Made by a program: the position numbers and the translations under genes
NCBI GenBank assembly: GCA_012026655.1
Contig: JAAILG010000997.1
Location: forward strand, 1-64,000
Source of the DNA: Hydrolagus affinis
Lineage: Eukaryota
Direction: 5' to 3'
Length of the DNA: 64,000 nucleotides
Shown here: piece after piece, positions 39,001-50,963 of the stretch
Layout of the letters: every line of letters begins with the position of its first letter
Numbering within the stretch: position 1 is the first letter of the stretch
The notes under the pieces: model-generated
What the model was told of the DNA's origin: nothing
The model's database searches: none
The model's input: the letters and a program-made list of their open reading frames with translations, nothing else

Positions 39001-41731
39001 GGCCATGAATACGATTTCCCATCGCATTCGCTCATCACCCAAACATTGTGAGTAACACTGAATGAATTTTTGACCCACCTCAGATCACTTTGCCATATTA
39101 CAGCCTCAAGACCTGGCTCCAACCAACCTGGGCCTAATACATTCCAGATTTAGGTCAAGCAGGTTGTGTCCCTCCAGGGAGACGGTGTGTTTTCCATTCC
39201 AATAAATAGCTGGGATTTTCACGTGTAGTTAGGATGCCTGAAATTTTCAGCATGGTTTGGACATTCTTAAGCACAGTGATGAGTTTCCGCATGTGTCAAG
39301 TACATGGCTGACCCCCACCCCCTCCAAAAAAAAAAGTTGTAATAGAAGTTTATTGGGATGAGTATTAATGTATTTATCAAAAACCAATGCATCACTTATA
39401 TTGATGAAGTTGCCTAATAAGTGACCAATGTAAGGCGATGATTCACTGCCTCACTGATTCCAGTAAGTTTCGGATTAGAACCTTTCCAGCCAGTGTTGTA
39501 ATTAAGTCTCAAATAATGCCCACATCATTCCCCCACCACCACCCCACTTCCCCTCTCCACCAGCATCCAATTTCTCAAAGTCACTCACCTAAATGCCAAA
39601 CTTGTATTTGGATTGATGAAGGGCAATGTCTAAGTGCAAGTTGCTGTTGTTGTTGAACTATATAACAAGACTAGATATTATCAATTAAATTGGCTCCATA
39701 TCCGGTCACTTTAGAATCCTGCTGAGTGGAATTAAGGACAGATAAATGGGTCACGTTTGTGGCATTTTGTAACAGGATTTCTTAATAAGAATCATAACCG
39801 ACCCTTTGGAATTTAAACACTCTGAGACGCTACCCTGCGTGAAGGGCCCTATGAGACTACAAGTTGTTGTAACTCCACTCGAATTCCAAGCTTAGTTTTG
39901 GATTTCCATGAAACAAGCATCAAGCAGTGCCTCCACAGGATTTATTGGTTACAAATCCTCTTGCCAATCTCACAAATTGGTGACTGCTTAGGCAAAAGGG
40001 TTAATAATATAAGTGATTTCCTGATTCTTGACAAATAGGTTAGTAATTCTCATCCCAATAAGCTTCTAGCAATAAGCAATTTTGTTTGGTCGGTCAGGTG
40101 TCTGACACATGTGGAAATCCATCATCCATGCTTAAGAGTATCCAAACCAGCAAAATGTAATGATACAAACCCCAAGACAGGAATATTTCACACTGCGGAG
40201 GGCGATAATTCTTCTCTGAGTTTCACGTAGGCCAATGTACAATTATAATGGGGACATCCTGTTAGGCTCCAACAGGGGCAATATCACTGCTCTTACTGCT
40301 GGCAGCAGTTTTGTCATTCAGAGCTTTATTTATACTGATTTACAAATAGAACTTTACTTTGTGAGCCTAGTTAATTATTCTGTGACTGCATAGATTCTCA
40401 GGTGTCCGTGACTAGCTTTGGGTGAGAGCGGCGTTCACGAGTAGAGGATGCCTTGTGACAAGAACTGATGAACAACCCAATGCATTGTCAACATTGCTTT
40501 CAAGAGCTTTGGCAGATAATTTAACCCCATTTCCACACCTTTCTTCCACACCTGTTAGTACCCTCGTCTCCTGAGTATGTATCCATCTCCTTTTTAAACA
40601 CTCTAATTGATCCTGTCTCTACTGCCTCCCGGAGCAGTGCATTCCACATTTCAACAGCCCCTTCATTGTTTTTTGTTTAGTTCTAGACTGACCAGTGGGT
40701 CATAGCTGGCAATTCAATTTACCGCACCGACACAGTTCAGTGAAGCATACCTAGGATGAATGTTTCTGTCCTGATCTCACTATACAGTAATGTCAAAGCT
40801 GGTCAGATTTCAGCAGTTACCCCAACTCACACTCTGGGGTCCCCAGGCCTTGGCTCTTGCCAACCTGTGCATAATACTTTCTGGAATTAGGTAAACAGGA
40901 TGTGTACCTCCAGGGAGAGAGTGCACATACCATTCCAACAATCTATCTCTGGGATTTCCTAGGTGAGATGCTTGGAAATCTCAGTTTGGTTGGATGCTCT
41001 TAAGCATGGTGATGGGTTTCTGCTTCCATCAGAACACATGGCTGACCAAAAAAATTCCAAGCAGCACTAGTTGCCTTTAGCTTGATTAGAACATTAAAAA
41101 CACAGTCAGTGTGATTCCTGCCAATGTTGTGTGGGACCTAAGAAATAAATAGTTGTTACAGCCAGGATTGCTAATAGTTTCATCAATCATTTAAGCATTT
41201 TGAAAAAAAAATGTTTTAAGAATCCTCAGTCTGGATGGTTTAATAAGGATCATGCCCTAGTATTTTGGGCAGTATAGTTTAATATCTGTTCCCCTGCGCA
41301 TATCATTTGGTAGCATCTAATTAAAGTACTTCCCAGTGATTAAATGAAAATGAAGTGGCAACCTTCATATCAGTTAGGTATGACCTTCAGTGTACAAAGC
41401 TACCTGACGAGCACATTGAAAGTACCAAATTTGGAGCCAGTTGAAGCCAACTTTGCAGCAACATATCTATGGGGCAATTTATTGCAAACCTTTTTTTCTG
41501 GGGCAAAGTTTAGCAAATTAATTAAACATCACCATCCAACCAGTGGTGCTGGATGAATTGTCCTGCAAATGCAGGACTACACATCCTGAAGTCATTGGGT
41601 GACTCTCCCTTTCTCTCGCTCCCTCAGTCCCTCCAAATCTTGGATTTCAAGCCCAGGTACTCCCTGTAAACATTCTTGATCCTTTCACCTGAGTATGTGA
41701 TATTGGTGCTCTCATTAGTTTTGAGGTCCTC

Positions 41732-41732
41732 T

Positions 41733-41774
<42 letters not shown>

Positions 41775-41782
41775 ATGTGTGC
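41732..41782 (+). repeat. (TG)n microsatellite
   Basis: Visible TG run with TA interruptions. Confidence 0.95.
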
Positions 41783-42840
41783 ACGCAGGCGTGTTTGTGC
41801 CAGAGTGCGTGTGATATTGTTCTTTCAACTTTCGTTTGTACATAGAATCAGAGTGAAATCGTCAAACAAGAGACTGGTTAGATTGTAATCAGATACATGG
41901 GTGCGATTGCTCCTACAGACATGTGTTGCGTGATACTCTATTGCCCGTGTCCTCTGTGTATGCACATTTCTGACAAAGGCCTGGTCTGATATATCTTTCT
42001 TAGTGCACTGAAAAGCACCAAAACCAGTTTGTAAAGGTAAGAGTCCAAACCAAATGTATTTTGAAACGTGGATCTTATCTACCGACAATGCTTGATTTCT
42101 TTCTGGCTTATGTGACCCCTGTCTCTACATGTCTGTCTCATGAAATTGCAAGCAAGTGTAGTATTTAGTTGGCTAACCTAATGAAGCTTTGCATATCCCA
42201 ATATACAGCAATGATGAAAAATGATGTTATAACCTTGTAAGGTTGGACCAAATTGATTTCTGACTCCTCAGATAAGAATTAACATCGAAAACTGGGTTGA
42301 TTTGAAGGACCTTTTGCCTATCTCATCAAAAGATGTTATCCCTTCCTCTTTTTGTGCTGCCACCACACTTTCTTCTCTCCCTCCTCATTATAACATGTGG
42401 AATAAGTGTTGAGAAATCCACATTTGAACACGCAAACGTTGATCTGGATTCTGATGCTGGCAAAGTTGCATTTCATCTGAATCAGGTCTGACTGTAGGTA
42501 AGGCCTTGAGAGGAGTGGTGTGGGGCAAGGTGGGTTTTGAAAGCACAACAGAAGTCAACCTGGTCCATCCTATATCTAAAAATGTGTGATAGGAAACGGG
42601 TTGTTAGAAACATGTTTGTAACTGACGCTGTTTAAATGTTGTGGGACTTGAACTCTTTGGAGCTTTAACTCTTTGTCCTCCCCAGAAAAGATTTCCATTC
42701 AAGTGGTTTTCTTTTTTTTCCTGGAAAGAATAGCCTGGAGATGGCAAAGGATTAAGGCAAGGTCTTACACACATACAAGCATGAACTGTTGTATTGGTGC
42801 TTGCTGGCCCACGAAGTTGTAAAACTAATGTTTTCGGCAG

Positions 42841-42968
42841 GTTTTGTGAGTTTTGACAATCCTGCCAGTGCCCAGGCTGCCATCCAGGCAATGAATGGCT
42901 TTCAGATTGGCATGAAGAGGCTGAAAGTACAACTCAAGAGGCCAAAGGATGCCAACCGCCCTTACTGA
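42841..42968 (+). CDS. CELF4: CELF4 last coding exon, RRM3 C-terminal part and stop; exon continues as UTR to 43006
   Basis: Branch-like actaat, then ttttcggcag|GT TTT GTG; translates [42 protein letters not shown]; TGA at 42966-42968; donor ACAG|gtaatt at 43006/43007. Confidence 0.97.
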
Positions 42969-45900
42969 ACCGCTGCAACCGAACTGAGACCTGAGAGCTA
43001 TTACAGGTAATTTTCAGCCTTACCGATGGCTTCTTATTAGTTGTATCACTTCTATGCTGCAGTTGTGCCTGTTTTAGCAAAGTACCGTTAGTAATTTTAA
43101 CCTCTGATGCCTGTTGTTTGTGTGAAATGGATCCGATTCCATGCCGACTTTACTCAAGGGTCGAATGGAAAACTAAACTTCTGACTCTCTTTGCTTAACC
43201 AAAGTGAAAGACTCCCGCCTGCCTGTTAATGCGGGTCAAGCTGGTGGCTGTTGGTTTCTTTTGCTATTCAACAGACTGAGAGCAAAAGGAACCTATAGAT
43301 AACATATTCAGGTACAGTCAGGGCTTGTGGATGTAAATACACTCCCTGGGGATGCTTTCTCAGGTGTTACTGGTCCCACTATCTTGAAATCCATAGAGCA
43401 TTGCTTAATTGGACCATTTGATGAATGGAAGAAATTATTTCCTCCAGGGTGTCCTCATTACCAGCTTTCCTTTGTGTCTCCTGGGTAGTTCCATCCCAAG
43501 GCCTCCCAATCCAGAATTGCTGAGAGTCTGAGATGTTGCTCACAATGTGCAAATTCATAAGGGGGGGATTTGAATGTTAAACTCAATACATAAAGCACTT
43601 GTGAGTGGGTCAGACAGCGGATGTTTAGTGCTTGTGGGGGGAGGGGGTGGAGGGGGAAGCTGTAACTCAACAATTAATGACCCATTTCTGGTTCTGGATC
43701 TTAAGTAAATGATTTCTTTCTTATTAGTTGTTCTGTATCATTATACCAGGGGCATTTTGCAGGAACTGATGTGTTGGACAATATAACTCGGTAGTTAGCG
43801 AGGTTAATGACTACATGGACTCTATTATTCTTCCCATTTCTCTTGCAGTCCAGTTCAATAGATCAGCTGTTATTAACAGAGCAGCACTTACTCCAAAGCT
43901 ATTAAGCAAAGACCCGGCAATCAGCTTCCTATAGCTGACTGAGCGGCTACACAGCTGATAACAGCTTGTACAGAAACCATTGCATGTAAACGTGTGACAT
44001 TCCTAAACACAATTCCTCCCATTAACTCTCGTTGTTGCATATTTAGGGAACGTTTATCAACTGGGCAGAAAAAACTGTTGAAACGTATCTTTAAAACCGG
44101 TGTTACCCACTTGTCCCTCGTCAAAGATCTATAAACAGTTCCAGGTCATGCCTTAGAATCACATAGTTTAAGCTGACACCACTGGACAGTGTTGGGGGAG
44201 TGCTGTTTCGATGGAGGTGACCAACTTCGAATGAGATCCCATCTGCCTGTTCAGGTCAACATGAAAGATCCCACGAGACTATTCAAAAATAGAAGGGAGA
44301 TTCCCCCAGTGACCTGGCTAACAATCTCCCAAATAAAATCGGTCGGTCATTCATTTCATGGCTGTTTGTGGGACATTGCTTTGCATAAATTAGCTGCCGC
44401 GTTTGCCTACAAAACATACTCCACATTAAGTCGTGTGAAATACTTTTAAGACAGCTTCCCAACGTGAAAGGTGCTACATCAAATATAGAGTATTTTTTTT
44501 TATAATATCATAAGTTTTATCAGGAGTTTCATTATTTCAGGAGTTTACTAATTGGATTATTATTGGAGTCCAATTTGTGATAATCAGAGTTGCATTGGCA
44601 GCTTTTTGGAAATTGCAATAAATCTTTTTTCAATTGTTACAAATTGAACAATTAAAAATAGCATTTATAATAAATAATCCATACATTTGATATAGCGCTT
44701 TTCGCGTCTTCTAAATGTCTCAAAGCGCTTCACAGAATATAATATAAAGCGAATATTATACCGTATATATTTATGAGGGAAATTGCTTGTCCAAATTGCA
44801 GCTACATTAAGTTGCGAATATTACAAATGTTACCTGTGGTGGCAGTGGAACAATGAGCTCTGTTGAAACTCACGACATTGCCCACAAAATATATAGTCAA
44901 TTCACTTTAAAGTATATACTGTGCAGCGCTTTGAGATGTCTCCTGGAAATGACAGGGCGCTATATCAAATGCAAGGGTTATTATTGATAACACCCACTCT
45001 AAGGCTCTCTCTACCACTGAGAACGTTCGGTAGTCACTGCCTCTTTGAGTCAAGGTTTTCAAGATGTGGGTGGGACACCAACTGTTTTGTGTGTCTGAAC
45101 TCCTTTAACAAAACATGATTAAAAGCAGCAACAAAGGTGAATTCCTTTAGGACCGTGATCATTACAGTAACAATATTTAGCCTGTGATTTTCACCTTCAC
45201 AGCCCCACAGGGCCTTGCTCCTCACTGCCTCTGTAACCTACTCATGCCATATAAACTTGTCCCCTCCCTCCGCTCAGTGGGTTCATGTCCCAGCCCAGCC
45301 ACCCCACCATCAGCGGCCGAGCCTTCAGCCTCTCTGCCTCATTACACAGACCCTTTGCCTCGCTCCCACCCTTACCTCCTTCAAGGCAAGACTCTCCCTT
45401 TCTACTGCACCTTCAATCACCCTCCTTCCTCTACACTACTTGCCCTTCTACCCTCCTGATCCCACCCCCAGCTCAGGTCCAAACCCTTGACTGTCCAGTA
45501 CCTTGGGATGTCCTCCAGATGCGAAAGGCATTATGTAAACATAACTTTTTTTTTAGAGGTGAACCAAAGTGAAGCCACATTTGAATCCCAGTCCCCCCTC
45601 CATCCCCCCCAAGCAGATGCAGTACGAGATTGCTATAGTGTACTGTTGCATAAACAAGACAGGGAAATTATCATTCATGTGGCATGAGAAGTATTGGGAA
45701 CTGCTTGAATTCCTGATGGAAGAATAACTTCTGTATGAGCCAGATGACATTGAAAAAAAATCATTACTGGTCATAACAGAAGTCATACCAACTAGCACCA
45801 GCTCCCTATGGCTTTTGATGGAAATGCATTCCATTCAGTGAAACAATCCCATTGAATTATTTGGCTCGAGACTGAGAATCTTAACATGTCTGGGGAATAG

Positions 45901-46555
45901 AAGGACCCGCTTAGTCCATAATAATCATCACATTTGGTACAGCGCCTTTCAGGTCAAGAGGACATCTCAAGGCGCTTCACATACTGCAAAGTGTAGTGCC
46001 TGTGTATTATGCAGTCCATCCTGTCAGCGGTTGCTAACTCTCCCCACCCCTCCACTCCCATTGGAGCAATCTACTTCATAATAATAATGCTGCTTGCATT
46101 TGATTTGTGGATCTGCTTGGATGTAATCCTTGTAATTGATGTGGTACCTTATCACATCTTCAAGGCTTCTTAAAGTGCTTCACAGAATATACTGTAAAGT
46201 GAATTGACTGTATATTTTGTGCGCGAAACGCAGCTCTAATCGAATCCTAGTCCCCAGTTCTTTCCCCATAACCATTAATACCATAATTTATCTAGCTCCA
46301 GACGGATAGTATAACCCCAAGTGCCCCTTGACATGAAACTGAAGTAACACGAAAGTTTGGCACTGTAATGTGTTTGGATTCTGGACTAAAAGATTGGTTT
46401 ACGAGAGAGTCTCTAGAATGAGACAGGAATTATATCCAGGCATTGTAGAAAGAACGGTCAGGCGACTACTGAGAATAACAGCCATTTGTTGAATCACACA
46501 ATCGCAGAATCTGACAGAAGGAGGCCATTCGGCCCATCCTGCCTTTGCCGGCTCT

Positions 46556-46655
46556 NNNNNNNNNNNNNNNNNNNNNNNNNNNNNNNNNNNNNNNNNNNNN
46601 NNNNNNNNNNNNNNNNNNNNNNNNNNNNNNNNNNNNNNNNNNNNNNNNNNNNNNN
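46556..46655. other. Assembly gap (100 N) followed by poly-C
   Basis: Run of N. Confidence 0.99.
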
Positions 46656-49600
46656 CCCCCCCCCCCCCCCCCCCCCCCTCCACCCCCAGAATAACCTGTA
46701 ATGAAAGTTAAATCAAACCGGACAATACAAATTTGTGTTGATCTTATTTTTAATTAAGGATTGCCTAAAGCTGAACAAAACGCATAGTGTTCAAACATTA
46801 AAGCTTCCAATTCACACATCTTCACAGTCAGTAGTCACAACCCCATTCCTCCCCCCCACCATCCCCCGCCACTACCACCAAAGTTTGGAGCTTTTCTCTA
46901 GGGGAGGAGGGGAAGTCATTTGTGTACTTTGGTACAGCTGCTTCTCTGTAATTAAACAGAGCAAGAGGAGGGAAGGTAATTTTTTCTTGTGTACCTTCTA
47001 TTATCATACATTGTCAATCAGAATTATCGCCCCCACAATACAAAGCTGGGATGACGCCAAATAAATGCCTGCTCTTCTGGGCGTTGAGATTGAATCTTTC
47101 AGATGGCTCCGAATAATGGAATCCAATAAACCTGAACTATGCTGATTTAGACTTGAGCATTAAATTATTTTGTTAAATCGGTGGCAAACATATATTGTGT
47201 TCAGATTCCCCGTCGCTAAATGCACCTGTGCTTGATGTGAGGTCTGTTTCCATGGGCGTAATGTGATTTCGCTGAACGAGTTGCATTAAAGAGCACATCT
47301 GTCAGAGATACAGAGGAACAGGAGTTGGGTGTTAGTTTTACAAATGGCTCTCATTAACTTGAAGCGTACGGTAATACAGCAAGTCAGCAGCACAGCGAGT
47401 AGAGCCAGGAAGGAAATGAACAGATGAGGGTTTCTAATGATCAGGAAAAGTTTGATGGATTGAATGCAAATCGCAATGATCTATTTACAGGTGCAGCTCG
47501 ACACCAATTTCTCTCAGCTCAATCGCTCATTTACTCCCTCGCTTCCAAAAGAATTGTTAAAAAGCCCAGGTCCCGTCTGCCTATTTGGGTGGACGTTAAA
47601 AATACAGTGGCACTACTCGAAACGGAAAGAGAGTTTCGTCTCCCTCTGTTCTGCTCAGCAAGTCATTCACTTCATGACTGTTTGTGAAACATTGCCGTTT
47701 GCAAATTGGTTCCTTGGTGACCCAGGTAGTAAAGTTCACTGAACTGACACCTGCAAGGAGTTTAACGTACTCATGTTCTTAGGCCTAGGACTATTATCTT
47801 AAAATGTAAGAGAGTTCGGAGTGTTGGAAAATCCTTCATGAAGCCTTATTAATAATCATATTAGTAATAATTCTTACGTTTGATGTAGCACTTTTCACAC
47901 CATGAGAATTTCTCAAAGTGCTTCACTGTAAACACTGTATGTTTTTTGTGGGCAAGCCAATTCTCCACACTTCTTTTGTCAGATGGTGGAGCTGCCAGTG
48001 ATTATGCATTATAATGCCTTTCCAATAAGGCCAGCTTGTTTAGAATGCAAGTGGGTGATGCAGGGGAGAAGGCTGGTAGTTTGATTGCAAATTAATTAGG
48101 TTAGGTTGTATTCCAATGTTATCTATCGCGAGACGAAGGTGGTAAAAGGGATGATAGTAAAACATCCTAAACAAATTTTTAAGTTTTAATTAAAGTTGTT
48201 TCTTCGCTTGATTTTCATTTTTTCGTTTGGGGTTAACATTACAGAAATAAACATGTTATGGGCCTGAGCTAAATCTAACTAAACTGCTCATCCTGGACCA
48301 TAGGAACAAAGGAAGAGGAAAAGGCTATTCAGCCCCTCAAGCCTGTTCCGCCATTCTATTAGATTGTGGCTGATCTGTACCTCAACTCCAATTTGTTGGC
48401 AATCTGCAGTTAATCTGCATAGAAGATGGGGACTTGTCAGAGATTTGAATAGTTTTGCTCCAGCAGTGATGCAGTATATGGCATCAATAGGAAAAGGCTC
48501 AAAGAAAGAGTGACTGAGTTCAATTGTGCAAGAGAACTTGAAATAGAATGACAAGAGCATTGAAAGACACTGATTAAAGGTTGCTTCCCATGTTGATTTT
48601 AATAAGGCTCCTTCTCTCTTTATCAAGTTGAGTGTACAATCGAGTGTGTGATTAAAAGACAGAAAATTTGCCCCTAGTTCCATTGTAACCATTCAAGGAC
48701 ATGAACAAAATGGTTACAACAAAGCAGGAAGTCTAAATAGGACATCATCCAATGCGGGTGGGGGTGTGAGGGGGAGGGGGTGCTTAATACAGAATAAGAG
48801 AGAGTGCACCTTGTCATAATCAAACGTACATTACCTCCTATATTGTAGCAATCCCTTCAGCGCTGCCTTGGAGTGTCATCTTAGACTATGTGACTATGTG
48901 ACTAAGAAGATATATTAGTCACTGAATCCACGATTGTTTGTGAGACACTGCTGTGCAAAATTGGCTGCCACATTTGCCCCACAAAATATAGTCAATTTAC
49001 TCTACACTATATATCTGTGAAACGGTTTGAGACATCTTGAAGACGTCTATCAAATGAAAGGATTATTATTATTGCGTATAATCCCGCTGGAAATCAATGC
49101 TCAGTAGACTCCAATGCAAACATTGAAACACTGAAGGTTACATTTCCATTCCAGAGGTTAGCGACATCGATGAAACCAGGCGCGTCTCTCTTCTTTACGT
49201 TCGGCTCTCAAAAATGCAAGGTGCGGCACAGATCTTTTGAACATCCTGTGAAAAATGCTTGCTCTATTTCTGAGAGAAATGGAAGCATTCTCTCCCCCTC
49301 CCTCCCTCTCTCTAGTGGACCCTTTACATTGCGTTAGGCCTCAAGGGCCCTTGCAAACCAGCCAGGCGGAATTGCTGGGCTCATTCCACTTTTGAGGTCA
49401 GTCATAAAGGGACGCTGTCTACTTAAAAGAAACCTGCTTTCCTGAACTTGCAATGAGTTTGCAGTAAGAGTTCCCCAGAGTGCTGTTCCTGTTTTCAAAG
49501 TGCTCGCATTGAACACCAATTTTACTCTGTCTAAGTCACTGCACTAACGGTGCAATGGATAATAGCTGTCTGGATCCCTTACAAATGAGAGGTTTGTCAA

Positions 49601-50634
49601 TACCCAAGGTGGTCATTCTTGTTTTTCTGATTATTTTTAGCATAGTCTCTCAGAGTAAAACACAGCGGGAGAGAGGATTTAAACAGATGAGCTTTTAGTG
49701 AGATCGGGGAAGTAAGGATTTGGGAGAAATATGCAGTTTCAGACAGATTTTGGTTTCCCCACTGGTTGTCAGTACATCCTTGTTTGTCCTGTGTGTTCCT
49801 GCACCTTATTCTGACCATTAGGTTTAACGTTTTCACTCAATGTTGAGATTTAGCAGGTCTTGCAATACCCAGGACATGAAAAGTATGCAGTTCTTTTTAA
49901 TGTTTGTTACTTTACCCACAGTTGTCCTAAGATTTTCCAACTGGTACATTCCATATTTTGCAATCGCCAACTCCCACTCTTAACTTGGTCTTTGACTGTG
50001 TATTTGTCACTGGAATGTGATAGTCAATTGCACACAGAAGTGTCCCATAAACAGTCGTGGATTGAGTGACCAACTTTTGGGGGAGGTATTGAGCGATCCA
50101 CCATTCGACTAACAACTGTTGTAAAAATGTAAAATGGTGCAAATTTGTGGAAAATTCTGAGCTCTGGTCTTAATTTGATAACTGATTTTCTGAAGTTCTC
50201 AGAAAGAACTGTTTTCTGAGTTCGATACTTACAACACGGAGAGAGGTTGTGCGATTCTCTGCAGTTCTCAAAAACGACTGAGGAAAAACATTTGCCAAAT
50301 TGAGACCAAATTTAAGAATTTTCCAAAAGTCTGTGGAATCTTAAATTTTAAGCTAATGGTCCAAGAGCGGGTGGAAGTTTGGGTCTCTGGACTGTACGGT
50401 GGTTACAGATGAATAGGCACCTTGGTGCTATAGTCCCTTAATGCTTATTTATTGCAGATTATTGATTCCTATTTTACAATGGATCAATGGGTATGGGGAA
50501 CATGGTGTCTATGTCTCATTGATCGCTAGATACAGAGAATATTCTCCCTACTTCTTTACAATGAGACAAGATGGCTATTCTTAGCAAACAGAATGTGTTA
50601 TCTTCCAGGATCACTTGGGCTGCCAATGCTACAA

Positions 50635-50963
50635 TAAATAATAATCCTTGCGTTTGATATAGTGCTTAGTGAGTCTTCTAGACGTCTCAAAGCACTTAAC
50701 GGAATAGTGTATACTGTAAAGTGAATTGACTGTATATTTGTGGGCAAAACACTGCAGCCAATTGTGCATTGCAGTGTCTCACAAACAGTCGTGGACTGAA
50801 CTTCAGTCAGTTGAAGTAACCAATTTATTACTTTTTTTTCTTGACGGATTATTATCGGGTGTGTGGAGTAAGGAAACTTGCCTGAGGTATTGCTTTGCTG
50901 GGAAGCGAACCCAGGTCTCTCGCTTGCGAGACGAGTGCTCTAACCACTGAGCTACAGGACTCC
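50635..50963 (-). mobile_element. tRNA-derived SINE, full length
   Basis: CTCTAACCACTGAGCTACAGGACTCC at the right end; tail at the left. Confidence 0.9.

Noticed and set aside
46399-46701. ORFs spanning the N run
   Set aside because: Artefacts of the assembly gap and poly-C
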